A stretch of 64,000 nt of DNA from Pseudomonadota bacterium. GTDB lineage: Bacteria; Pseudomonadota; Alphaproteobacteria; Caulobacterales; Caulobacteraceae. The position numbers and the translations under genes were made by a program. The DNA is taken from the NCBI GenBank assembly GCA_021816155.1, contig JAKAZA010000001.1, forward strand, positions 6,018 to 70,017, given 5' to 3'. Below are positions 17,896-26,917 of the stretch, in pieces (position 1 is the first letter of the stretch; each line of letters begins with the position of its first letter). The notes under the pieces were generated by a model. The model made no database searches. It saw only the letters and a program-made list of their open reading frames with translations, and was not told where the DNA came from.

Positions 17896-18953
17896 CCCGC
17901 GCGCGGCTGGCCTGGGTCGGCGCGGGCGCGGCCGTCGTCGTCACCCTCGTTGTCGCGTTCGCTCTGCGCCTGGCGGCCCGCGGCGGCGGACCGGACGCTG
18001 CGCCAGCCGTCACGGCGACCGTCACCACCGCGCCGATCCGGCGCGAGCTGCTGCAGGATGTGGTCACCGCTTTCGGTGTCGTGCAGGCCGACCCGTCGGC
18101 GACGACGATCCTGGCGGCGCCGCGAGCCTTGATCGTATCGCGGCTGATCGCGCGGGTGGGCCAGACCGTGGCCCCTGGCCAGCCTCTAATGGAGGTGGAC
18201 GCGGCCCCGGCGTCCCAGATGGCCTATCAGGAGGCGCTTCAGGCGGAGGTCTCGGCGAGGAGCGACCTCGCGCGCATCCAGCGTCTGGTCGACGCCCACC
18301 TCGCGGCCAACGACCAGCTGACGGCCGCCGTGAAGGCGCTCGCCGATGCGGACGCAGCGCTGTCGGCGCAGCGGGCGCAGGGCGGCGGCGAGGCGCGTCA
18401 GACGCTGCGCGCCGGCAGCGCCGGCGTGGTCGTCGGCATCGCCGTCGCGCCGGGCGACCGCGTCGCCCAGGATGCGGCGCTGATCACCCTCGCCCGGGTC
18501 GGAGCGATCAGCGTGAAGCTCGGCCTGGAGCCGGGAGCCGGGGCGTTCGCGGCCGGCGACCCTGTGACGCTGACGCCGACTGCGGGTGGGCCGTCGACGC
18601 AGTCCCGTCTCGCGATGGTCGGCCGGACGACCGACCCGGTCACGCATACGATCGACGCGGTGGCGCCGCTCGCGGGCGCGCCGCTGCCGATCGGCGCCGG
18701 CGTCGAGGCCGATATCGTGCTGGGCTCTCACACCGGTCTCACGGTTCCGCGCGCGGCGGTGGTGTTCGACGAGACTGGCGACCACGTTTTCGTCGTTCGC
18801 GGCGGCAAGGCGTTGCGTGTCTTCGTCGGCGTCGGCCGGAGCTACGGCGACCGTGTCGAAGTGACCGGACCGGTCGCGGCCGGCCAGCAAGTCGCCGTGG
18901 AGGGCGCCTACGAGCTGCAGGACGGAATGACGGTCAAGGACGCGGGGCGATGA
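17892..18953 (+). CDS. Efflux RND periplasmic adaptor (membrane fusion protein)
   Basis: N-terminal TM anchor, coiled-coil hairpin region (AYQEALQAEV...ALADADAALSAQRAQ), and beta-barrel C-terminus. GTGA overlap upstream and ATGA overlap downstream. Confidence 0.85.
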   Translation: MTRARLAWVGAGAAVVVTLVVAFALRLAARGGGPDAAPAVTATVTTAPIRRELLQDVVTAFGVVQADPSATTILAAPRALIVSRLIARVGQTVAPGQPLMEVDAAPASQMAYQEALQAEVSARSDLARIQRLVDAHLAANDQLTAAVKALADADAALSAQRAQGGGEARQTLRAGSAGVVVGIAVAPGDRVAQDAALITLARVGAISVKLGLEPGAGAFAAGDPVTLTPTAGGPSTQSRLAMVGRTTDPVTHTIDAVAPLAGAPLPIGAGVEADIVLGSHTGLTVPRAAVVFDETGDHVFVVRGGKALRVFVGVGRSYGDRVEVTGPVAAGQQVAVEGAYELQDGMTVKDAGR

Positions 18954-21900
18954 ACCTCGCGGCGTTCGCCTCCCGGCGTCGGCGCTCGCTGCTGGCCCTG
19001 CTCGGCCTGCTCGTCGTCGGCGGGGTCGCGAGCGCCTTCGTCATGCCGGTGAGCCTGTTTCCTTATGTTCACTTCCCGCGCATCGCCGTCACCGTCGACG
19101 CCGGCGACCGCCCCCCCGATCAAACGGAGGCGGTGATCACCCGCCCGGTCGAGCAGGCGCTGCGCGCGATCCAGGGCGTGCGCGGCATCCGCTCGACCAC
19201 CAGCCGCGGCGAGGTCGAGGTGTCGTTGGACTTCGGCTGGGGCGCCGACATGGACGTGGCCCTGCAGCGCGTCCAGGCGGCGCTGACGTCGGTCCAGGCC
19301 AGTCTGCCCGCTGGCGTCACGTTCGACGTGCGCCGCATGGACCCGAACGTCGAGCCCGTCGCCGCCTACAGCCTGACGTCGGACCGCGCGACGCCGGTGG
19401 AGCTGAGGCGGTTCGCCGACCTGACGTTGTCCCCCATGCTCTCGACGATCGACGGGGTCGCGCGGGTGCAGAACCAGGGCGGCGCGCCGGGCGAGTACCG
19501 TATCGAAGCCGACCCAGCGAAGCTCTGGGCCAATGGCCTCTCTCTCGCCGACGTCGCTGCGGCGGTGTCCGGCGCCAACACGCTGAGCGGCGCCGGACAC
19601 ATCGAGGACGAGGGCAAGCTGCTTCTGGTCCTGACGCGCTCGCAGCTGACCGACCCCGCGAAGATCGCGGATGTGGTCCTCAAGACGGCCAACGGCGCGG
19701 TGGTGCGGGTGGGCGACGTGGCGAGGGTGACCGCCGCGCCGGAGCCGCAGTGGGTGCGCGTCACCGCCGACGGCAAGGATGCGGTGCTCGTCAACGTGTT
19801 CCAGCAGCCCGGCGGCAACACCGTTCAGATCACCCGCCAGGTGCGCGTGGCGATGCGGCAGGCGCGGGCGCTCGGGCCGGCCGACATGCGGGTCAAGGCC
19901 TGGTACGACCAGAGCGACCTCATCCTCGAGTCCGCCTCGGCGCTCCGCAACGCCATCGTGATCGGCATCGGCCTGGCGGCTCTCGTGCTGCTGGTGTTCC
20001 TGCGCAATTGGCGGATCACGCTCGCGGCGGTGGTCGCCGTCCCGACGGTGCTCGCGGCGACGACCCTCGTGCTCGAGCTCCTCGGGCAGAGCTTCAACAT
20101 CATGACGCTCGGCGGAATGGCCGCGGCCATCGGGCTGATCATCGACGACGCCATCGTGATGATCGAGCACATCGAGCGCAGGATGGCGGGGACGGCGTCC
20201 CGCGACCGTCAGGCGGTGGAGCGCGCGGTCTCGGAGTTCATGCGTCCGCTCGCCGGCTCGTCGGCCGCCACCACGGTGATCTTCCTGCCGCTGGCGTTTC
20301 TGAGCGGCGTCACCGGCGCCTTCTTCAAGGCCCTCTCGATCACGATGGCGGTGTCGCTGGCCCTGTCGTTTCTCGTGGCCTGGTGGCTGGTGCCGATCCT
20401 GGTGGAATACCTGGTCCGCAGCCATTCCGGCGTGGCCGCGCTGCGCGACGACGGGCCGATCATGTCGCGATACGGACGGACGCTGCGCGGCTTCGTCGAG
20501 CGGCCGATCCCGGCGCTCGGCGGGCTGGCGGCGGTCTTCGCCGTCGGAATCTTCTGCCTGCTGAACATCGGTTCGGGCTTCATCCCGAAGATCGACGAGG
20601 GCGGCTTCGTGCTCGACTACGTGGCGCCGCCGGGCATGTCGCTGACTGAGACCGACCGGCTGATGCGAGAGGTCGGCGCCATCATCCGCTCGACCCCCGA
20701 CGTCGACACCTATTCGCGCCGCACCGGCGCCCAGATCGGCGGAGGTCTGACCGAGCCGAACACCGGCGACATCTTCATCCACCTGAAGCCCGCTGGCGAG
20801 CGCCGGCCCATCGACGAGGTGATGAGCGACATCGCCGGCAAGGTGCAGGCCACCGTTCCGGGGCTCGACATCGAGACGGCCCAGCTGATGGAAGACCTGA
20901 TCGGCGACCTCACGGCGGTTCCGCAGCCGATCGAGGTCAAGCTCTACAGCGACGACGCGGCGTTGCTGCGCAAGGTCGGCCCGCAGGTGAGGGCGGCTAT
21001 CGAGAACGTGCCGGGCGTCGCCGAGGCCAGAAGCGGCGTCGTGATCGCCGGCGACGGCCTCAACATCGAGGTCGACCCCATCCGCGCCGAGCTGGAGGGC
21101 GTCGACGCGGGCGAGGCGGCCAGGCAGATCGGCGACCTCATCTCAGGCAACGTCGCGACCCAGGTGCAATCGGGCGTCAGGCTGGTGAACGTGCGTGTCT
21201 GGACGTCGGCGGCGTCGCACCTCCGAGTCGACCAGATCGGCTCGCTGATGCTCAAGTCCCCCGCCGACGGACACCTGTTCCCGGTGTCGCGCATCGCGAC
21301 GGTCAGGGTCGTGAACGGGCAGGCGGAGATCACCCGCGAGAACATGCGCCTGATGGACGCCGTCACAGCGCGCGTGGTCGGACGGGACGTCGGCTCGACC
21401 GCGGCCGAGGTGCAGCGGCTGGTCGGGCGGCCCGGATTCCTCCCGGCGGGCGTCACCTTCGAGATGGGCGGACTCTACGCGGAGCAACTCACCGCCTTCC
21501 GCGACCTCGCCCTGGTGTTCGCCGCGGCCGTCGCAGCCGTGTTCGTCCTGCTCCTGGTGATCTACGAGCGCTTCCACGTCGCGGTGGCGATCGTCGTCAT
21601 GCCGCTGGCCGCCGCGTCGGCGGTGGCGATCGGGCTCTTCATCACCGGGATTGAGCTGAACATCATGGCCTTGATGGGCATGACGATGATCATCGGCATC
21701 ACCACCGAGGTCGCGATCTTCTACTTCACCGAATACGAGGTCCTGATCGGCGAGGGGGCGTCGCCCGAGGCGGCGCTGGTGCAGGCGGGGCTGAACCGAA
21801 TACGGCCGATCGCCATGACCACCCTGGCGGCCATCCTGGCGCTGGCGCCGCTGGCCCTGGCGCTCGGCGGCGGCGCTTCAATGGAGCGGCCGCTGGCGAT

Positions 21901-22009
21901 CGCCATCATCGCGGGTCTCGTGGCCCAGGGGCCGCTGGTGCTCCTGGCCATGCCCGCGCTCTACCGCCTGGTCGGCGGAATGCGCGCCGACCAGCTCCGG
22001 GCCGCGTGA
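18950..22009 (+). CDS. Efflux RND permease subunit
   Basis: 1019 aa with 12-TM/two-loop RND layout. TM4 relay region AIGLIIDDAIVMIEHIER (nt 20138-20170). Confidence 0.95.
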   Translation: MNLAAFASRRRRSLLALLGLLVVGGVASAFVMPVSLFPYVHFPRIAVTVDAGDRPPDQTEAVITRPVEQALRAIQGVRGIRSTTSRGEVEVSLDFGWGADMDVALQRVQAALTSVQASLPAGVTFDVRRMDPNVEPVAAYSLTSDRATPVELRRFADLTLSPMLSTIDGVARVQNQGGAPGEYRIEADPAKLWANGLSLADVAAAVSGANTLSGAGHIEDEGKLLLVLTRSQLTDPAKIADVVLKTANGAVVRVGDVARVTAAPEPQWVRVTADGKDAVLVNVFQQPGGNTVQITRQVRVAMRQARALGPADMRVKAWYDQSDLILESASALRNAIVIGIGLAALVLLVFLRNWRITLAAVVAVPTVLAATTLVLELLGQSFNIMTLGGMAAAIGLIIDDAIVMIEHIERRMAGTASRDRQAVERAVSEFMRPLAGSSAATTVIFLPLAFLSGVTGAFFKALSITMAVSLALSFLVAWWLVPILVEYLVRSHSGVAALRDDGPIMSRYGRTLRGFVERPIPALGGLAAVFAVGIFCLLNIGSGFIPKIDEGGFVLDYVAPPGMSLTETDRLMREVGAIIRSTPDVDTYSRRTGAQIGGGLTEPNTGDIFIHLKPAGERRPIDEVMSDIAGKVQATVPGLDIETAQLMEDLIGDLTAVPQPIEVKLYSDDAALLRKVGPQVRAAIENVPGVAEARSGVVIAGDGLNIEVDPIRAELEGVDAGEAARQIGDLISGNVATQVQSGVRLVNVRVWTSAASHLRVDQIGSLMLKSPADGHLFPVSRIATVRVVNGQAEITRENMRLMDAVTARVVGRDVGSTAAEVQRLVGRPGFLPAGVTFEMGGLYAEQLTAFRDLALVFAAAVAAVFVLLLVIYERFHVAVAIVVMPLAAASAVAIGLFITGIELNIMALMGMTMIIGITTEVAIFYFTEYEVLIGEGASPEAALVQAGLNRIRPIAMTTLAAILALAPLALALGGGASMERPLAIAIIAGLVAQGPLVLLAMPALYRLVGGMRADQLRAA

Positions 22010-22053
22010 CGGGGGCTCATTCTTATCGACGCCGTTGTTTCAGGGAGACGACC

Positions 22054-23064
22054 ATGATGCGCAGACTTCTCACCCTTCTCGCGACCGCTTCGGCCCTTCT
22101 CGCGGCCGCGCCCGCCCTCGCGGCCGGCGGCGGCCGGTTGCAAGTGGTCGCGCGCGTTCCGGGTCCCGACGGCGGCTGGGATTACGCGAGCTTCGACGCG
22201 GCCCGTCACCGCGTCTACATCGCTCACGCGAGCACCGTGCTTTCGCTCGACGTGGCCGACAACAAGCTCAACACCCGCTTCGCCGCCGGCGCGGGGCTGC
22301 ACGAGATCGTGGTCGTGCCGCACGCCAACCTGCTCGTCACCACTAACAGCGCCGACAACACCGCGCGCATCCTGAGGGCCTCGGACGGTTCGCTGATCAA
22401 GTCACTGGTCGTGCCCGCGGACGCAGACGGCGCGGCCTACGACCCCGCCACCGGCTTCGTGGTGGTGATAAACGGCGACGCCGGCGTTCTCACGCTGATC
22501 GACCCCCGGGCGCGGCAGGTGGTCGGCCAGATCAACGTGGGCGGCAAGCTTGAGTTCGGCCAGCCGGACGGCCGCGGCCGGTTCTACGTCAACGTGGCGA
22601 GCGCAGGTCAGGTGGCCGTCGTCGACCTGAGGGCTCGCAAGGTGCTCGCCCGCTACCAGATGGCGGACTGTCAGCGACCGACGGGCCTCGCCTACGTCGA
22701 AGGGAACCGCGTCGTCTCGTCCTGCCAAGGTCTCGCCAAGGTCCTGGACGCGGGCTCCGGACACGAGATCGCCAGCTTCAAGATCGGCGGGTTCCCCGAC
22801 GCGGTGATCTACGACCCGCGGCGGCATATCGCGATGATTCCGACCGCGCTCGACGGGCGGCTGACGGTGATCTCGCTCGCCGGCGCCACCAACGACACCG
22901 TGGTGGCCAGCGTTCCGACGCAGCCCGGGGCGCGCACCGGCGCCGTTGATCCGTCGACCGGTCGCGTCTACCTGCCGACCGCTCAGTACTACCCGCTTGT
23001 CCCGGGCAAGCGCCCGACCACCAAGCCGGGCACCTTCCAGATTCTGGTGCTCGACCGGCGGTAG
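22054..23064 (+). CDS. Secreted YncE/YVTN-like beta-propeller repeat protein
   Basis: Signal peptide MMRRLLTLLATASALLAAAPALAAG after AGGGAGA. Repeated blades (RVYIAH, LLVTTNSADNTARIL, FVVVINGDAGVLTLID, RFYVNVASAGQVAVVD, RVYLPT). Confidence 0.75.
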   Translation: MMRRLLTLLATASALLAAAPALAAGGGRLQVVARVPGPDGGWDYASFDAARHRVYIAHASTVLSLDVADNKLNTRFAAGAGLHEIVVVPHANLLVTTNSADNTARILRASDGSLIKSLVVPADADGAAYDPATGFVVVINGDAGVLTLIDPRARQVVGQINVGGKLEFGQPDGRGRFYVNVASAGQVAVVDLRARKVLARYQMADCQRPTGLAYVEGNRVVSSCQGLAKVLDAGSGHEIASFKIGGFPDAVIYDPRRHIAMIPTALDGRLTVISLAGATNDTVVASVPTQPGARTGAVDPSTGRVYLPTAQYYPLVPGKRPTTKPGTFQILVLDRR

Positions 23065-23109
23065 GTCCTGTGGGCGCGGTTGGCCCTCAGGTCTCGGCCA
23101 TCCGCGCCG

Positions 23110-24360
23110 CTAGGCCTTGTCGAGCCCGTAGGCGGCGTGCAGGGCGCGCACGGCGAGCTCGGTGTAGGCCGCGTCGATCAGGACGCTGATCTTGATCTCC
23201 GAGGTCGAGATCACCTGGATGTTGACGCCCTTGTCGGCCAGCGCCCTGAACATGGTCTGCGCAACTCCGGTGTTCGAGCGCATGCCCACGCCGATCACCG
23301 ACACCTTGGCGACGTTGTCGTCGAGGGCGACGCCGTCAAAACCGAGCTTGTCCTTCAGGCTCTCGACGATCTCGACCGAGCGGCCCGCATCGCGCTTGCC
23401 GACCGTGAACTCCATGTTCGCGGCGCCGGCCTGCAGGGAGTGGCTCTGCACGATCATGTCCACGTTGACGTTGGCGCTGGCCAGCGAGCCGAAGATCTCC
23501 GAGGCCACGCCCGGGTGGTCCGGCAGGCCGAAAAGGCTGATCTTGGCCTCGTCGCGGCTGTAGGCCACGCCGCTCACGATCCGCTTCTCCACGATCTCCT
23601 CCTCGTCGCAGACGATGGTGCCGGCGCCCACGGTGGCCCCGGGCTCGACGAAACTCGACAGCACGCGCAGGGGCACGCGCTGGGCCATGGCCAGCTCCAC
23701 CGAGCGGCTCTGCAGCACCCGGGCGCCGAGCGAGGCCATCTCCAGCATCTCCTCGTAGGAGATCTTTGGGATGCGGCGCGCGCGCTCCTCGATGCGCGGG
23801 TCGGTCGTGTAGACGCCGTCCACGTCGGTGTAGATGTCGCAGCGGTCGGCGCGCAGCGCCGCCGACACCGCGACGGCGGACAGGTCGCCGGCGCCGCGGC
23901 CCAGCGTGGCGAGGCGCCCGTGCCGGTCGACGCCCTGGAAACCTGCCACCACCGGGATGACGCCGTCGGCGAGGCAGATCTCCAGCTTCTCGGGCTTGAC
24001 CTCCTCGATGCGCGCCTTGCCGTGGGCCTCGTCGGTGATGACCGGGATCTGCCAGGCGAGCCAAGATCGCGACGCGACGCCTATGTTCCGGAGCGTCATT
24101 GCAAGAAGGCCCGCCGAAACCTGTTCGCCGGACGCGACGACCACGTCGTACTCGTCGTCGGACGCTGGGAGACCGGGCGCGGCTGCGCCGGCGCCGTCGG
24201 TCCAGGCGACCAGCTCGTTGGTGCGCCCGGCCATCGCCGAGACCACCACCGCCACGTCATGGCCTGCGGCTTTCTCCGCCGCCACGAGCCGCGCGACGCG
24301 CCGAATGCGCTCCAGGTCGGCGACGGACGTGCCGCCGAATTTCATCACGATGCGGGACAA
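23110..24360 (-). CDS. lysC: Aspartate kinase
   Basis: [22 protein letters not shown]..., [20 protein letters not shown] (ACT region). Start taken as TTG 24360; ATG 24345 is an alternative. The longer track ORF to 24549 is an Arg/Pro-rich extension. Confidence 0.9.
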   Translation of the reverse strand: MSRIVMKFGGTSVADLERIRRVARLVAAEKAAGHDVAVVVSAMAGRTNELVAWTDGAGAAAPGLPASDDEYDVVVASGEQVSAGLLAMTLRNIGVASRSWLAWQIPVITDEAHGKARIEEVKPEKLEICLADGVIPVVAGFQGVDRHGRLATLGRGAGDLSAVAVSAALRADRCDIYTDVDGVYTTDPRIEERARRIPKISYEEMLEMASLGARVLQSRSVELAMAQRVPLRVLSSFVEPGATVGAGTIVCDEEEIVEKRIVSGVAYSRDEAKISLFGLPDHPGVASEIFGSLASANVNVDMIVQSHSLQAGAANMEFTVGKRDAGRSVEIVESLKDKLGFDGVALDDNVAKVSVIGVGMRSNTGVAQTMFRALADKGVNIQVISTSEIKISVLIDAAYTELAVRALHAAYGLDKA

Positions 24361-24494
24361 GCGAGGTGCGCGCCAAGGCTGCCTGGAAGGAAGGCGCCCT
24401 TCTAGCGACGCGCTCCGCGGCGGACAAGGTTGACGCAGCGCTGCTCGGGACGCCGCCGTTGACGGCCGGCGAGGGCGGGTCCAGCAACGGCGGC

Positions 24495-25259
24495 ATGGAC
24501 ACGCCGGCCGCCAGCATCGATCCGGACGAGGTCGCGCGCTTCGCCGCATGGGCGGCGGAGTGGTGGGATCCGAAAGGCAAGCTTGCGCCGCTGCACCAGC
24601 TGAACCCGGTCCGCCTGGGCTTCATCCGCGATCAGGCGCTGGCGCGCTTCCGGCGCGACGGGAAGGCGCGGCGTCCGTTCGAGGGGCTGACGCTGCTCGA
24701 CATAGGGTGCGGCGGCGGCCTCGTCAGCGAGCCGATGGCGCGGCTCGGCTTCGCCGTCACGGGGGTCGATCCCGGCCAGGACAACGTGGCGGCGGCGAGG
24801 GCGCATGCCCAGGCGGCGGGGCTCGCCATCGACTATCGCTGCGCATCGGTCGAGTCGCTGCTAGCGGAGCGCGCGGCGGCCTTCGACGTGGTGCTGAACC
24901 TCGAGGTAATCGAACATGTCGCCGATCCGGCCGGTTATCTGCGCGACACCGCCCGCCTGATCGCGCCGGGCGGGGTGATGATCGTCGCCACGCTCAACCG
25001 GACGGCTGCAAGTCTTGCGCTCGGCAAGGTCGCGGCCGAGTACGTGCTGCGCTGGGCGCCGCCGGGCACGCACGACTGGCGCCGGTTCCTGCGACCCGAC
25101 GAGATTCGCGGCTTCCTCGCCGGCGAACCGTACGACCTCGCCGGTCCGTTCGGTGTCTCCTTCGATCCGCTCGGCGGCAGGTGGCGGCGCTCCGCCGACA
25201 CGAGCGTCAATTACATGATGGTCGTGACGCCGCGGGAGCCGCGAACGCCGCGCCCTTGA
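24495..25259 (+). CDS. ubiG: Bifunctional 3-demethylubiquinol 3-O-methyltransferase / 2-polyprenyl-6-hydroxyphenol methylase
   Basis: [27 protein letters not shown] motif [26 protein letters not shown]. Divergent from lysC. Start trimmed to ATG 24495. Confidence 0.9.
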   Translation: MDTPAASIDPDEVARFAAWAAEWWDPKGKLAPLHQLNPVRLGFIRDQALARFRRDGKARRPFEGLTLLDIGCGGGLVSEPMARLGFAVTGVDPGQDNVAAARAHAQAAGLAIDYRCASVESLLAERAAAFDVVLNLEVIEHVADPAGYLRDTARLIAPGGVMIVATLNRTAASLALGKVAAEYVLRWAPPGTHDWRRFLRPDEIRGFLAGEPYDLAGPFGVSFDPLGGRWRRSADTSVNYMMVVTPREPRTPRP

Positions 25260-25326
25260 TCCGGATCATGTCGGGCCGCGCCCCTGGCGCCCGAATGGTC
25301 CGCGTCCTCGCGCCCGGCGCGGATGC

Positions 25327-25355
25327 TTGACCGCGCGCCAGCGTGGCCATATTGT
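25327..25355 (+). promoter_or_regulatory. Candidate housekeeping-sigma promoter: -35 TTGACC, 17-nt spacer, -10 TATTGT
   Basis: TTGACC at 25327-25332 and TATTGT at 25350-25355. It also fits the Caulobacter-style TTGACCG-N12-GCCATATT reading. It lies in the most AT-rich patch of the window. Confidence 0.55.
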
Positions 25356-25372
25356 ATGATTGTATGCATACA
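25352..25372 (+). promoter_or_regulatory. Candidate GntR operator: direct repeat TTGTATGA/TTGTATGC containing the perfect palindrome TGTATGCATACA
   Basis: TGTATGCATACA at 25361-25372 is self-complementary. It overlaps the -10 and the predicted transcription start, and contains the ATG at 25364. Confidence 0.5.
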
Positions 25373-25768
25373 TGCCAGCAGAGGGTGCTCGACGGTCTGA
25401 CGCTCGGCGGGACTGGCGTGCCGATTTACGTTCAGCTGCGCGAGCAGCTCCTGCGCGCGATCGGCGAAGGCGTGCTTCAGCCCGGCGACCAGATGCCGAC
25501 CATGCGCCAAGTGTCGGTGACCCTGAAGGTCGACCTCAACACCGTCCGCCACGCGTACGACGAGCTCGAACGGGCAGGCGCGATCCGGCTGGAGCGCGGG
25601 CGCGGCAGTTTCGTTTCCTCCCCGCCTCCGAAGGACGCGGCGCCCGCCGCCGCCTCGGAGGACCTGGCCAGGCGCACGCTCGCGCTGGCCGCCGCCGCGG
25701 GCGTCGATCCCGCGGACCTGGCCGAGCGCATCCTCGCGCTGGCCGAACCCAAGGACAAAATCTCATGA
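25364..25768 (+). CDS. Short GntR-family (YtrA-like) transcriptional regulator
   Basis: Winged HTH: PIYVQLREQLLRAIGEGVLQPGDQMPTMRQVSVTLKVDLNTVRHAYDELERAGAIRLERGRGSFV. The track start GTG 25343 lies upstream of the -10. ATG 25364 (leaderless) or GTG 25385/25418 are more plausible. Confidence 0.75.
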   Translation: MHTCQQRVLDGLTLGGTGVPIYVQLREQLLRAIGEGVLQPGDQMPTMRQVSVTLKVDLNTVRHAYDELERAGAIRLERGRGSFVSSPPPKDAAPAAASEDLARRTLALAAAAGVDPADLAERILALAEPKDKIS

Positions 25769-26646
25769 ACAGCTACAGGTCCGGCGCCGGCAACCGCCTC
25801 GCCAGTTTCCTAGCTTTGATCCTGATCCTGGCGGCCGGCGCCGTGCTGGCGCTCACCGAGGCCTCGGTGGTCGGCGTCGCCGCGGCGATCCTGCTGGTCG
25901 TGGTCGCCGCCTTCATCCCCCAGTCGCTGATGGTGGCGAACCAGTGGGAGCGCGCGGTGGTGTTGCGCATGGGCAAGCTGCAGGCGATCCAGGGACCCGG
26001 CGTGTTCTGGATCGTGCCGATCCTCGACCGCATCGCCGCCTGGCTCGACCAGCGCATCCAGACGACCGAGTTCAACGCGGAGGAGGCGCTGTCGCGCGAC
26101 ACGGTTCCGGTGAACATCGACGCGGTGATCTTCTGGCAGATCCACGACGCCGAGCGCGCCGCGCTGGAGATCACGGATTACCGCTCGGGCATCGAGCGCG
26201 TCGCGCAGACGTCCCTGCGGGAGATGGTCGGATCTTCGCTGCTCTCGACGCTCCTGGCCGAGCGCAAGCAGGGCGACGAGCTGTTGCGCGACGAGATCGC
26301 CCGCAAGATCGCCGAATGGGGAATCTCCGTCATTTCCGTGGAGATCCGCGACATCTCCGTGCCGCCCGCGCTGCAGGACGCCATGAGCCGCCAGGCCCAG
26401 GCCGAGCGCGAGCTTCACGCCCGCGTACTCTTCGGTCAGGCGGAGAAGGAAGTCGCGAGCAAGTTCGTCGAAGCGGCCGAAATCTACGCGCGCAGTCCGG
26501 CGGCCCTTCAACTGCGCGCCATGAACATCATCTATGAGACCACCAAGGAGCGCGGCGCCACGATCCTGATGCCGAGCGCCATGGTCGATTCGATGAATCC
26601 TGCGGTGATCGGGGCGACCCTAGCCCGGACGGCGCCGCCGGTGTGA
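25765..26646 (+). CDS. SPFH/band-7 (stomatin-like, slipin) membrane protein
   Basis: N-terminal TM region, then NQWERAVVLRMGKLQAIQGPGVFWIVPILD...VPVNIDAVIFWQI...EWGISVISVEIRDISVP...QAQAERE. ATG 25765 overlaps the regulator stop (ATGA). Confidence 0.9.
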   Translation: MNSYRSGAGNRLASFLALILILAAGAVLALTEASVVGVAAAILLVVVAAFIPQSLMVANQWERAVVLRMGKLQAIQGPGVFWIVPILDRIAAWLDQRIQTTEFNAEEALSRDTVPVNIDAVIFWQIHDAERAALEITDYRSGIERVAQTSLREMVGSSLLSTLLAERKQGDELLRDEIARKIAEWGISVISVEIRDISVPPALQDAMSRQAQAERELHARVLFGQAEKEVASKFVEAAEIYARSPAALQLRAMNIIYETTKERGATILMPSAMVDSMNPAVIGATLARTAPPV

Positions 26647-26667
26647 GCCGCCAGCGGGGGCTGGAAG

Positions 26668-26862
26668 ATGCGCAAGCTGGACTGGGCGCTCGCGGCGCTG
26701 ATCGCAGTCTTCTTGATCGGAGCGCTCACCGTCGAGACATCGGCCGGGCTGACAAGCCGCATCGGCGGGATGCGATTCGGCGGCTTCGCGCCGAGCGCGG
26801 TCTCGCTGCGCCGCTTGGTCAGCGGGCTTCCTGCGCCGATCCTTCCGGGTGAGCCGCGGTAG
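26668..26862 (+). CDS. Possible small single-pass membrane protein
   Basis: 64-aa ORF with one hydrophobic helix ([19 protein letters not shown]), 21 nt after the slipin gene. No recognisable family; it could be spurious. Confidence 0.3.
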   Translation: MRKLDWALAALIAVFLIGALTVETSAGLTSRIGGMRFGGFAPSAVSLRRLVSGLPAPILPGEPR

Positions 26863-26917
26863 GAGCGCCGTGCCTGCTGACATGGGCGCCGGGCCGCGTT
26901 CGCCTATATTGGCGCCG

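Noticed and set aside
18908-20782. 624-aa minus-strand ORF
   Set aside because: It is antisense to the RND permease and has shadow composition.
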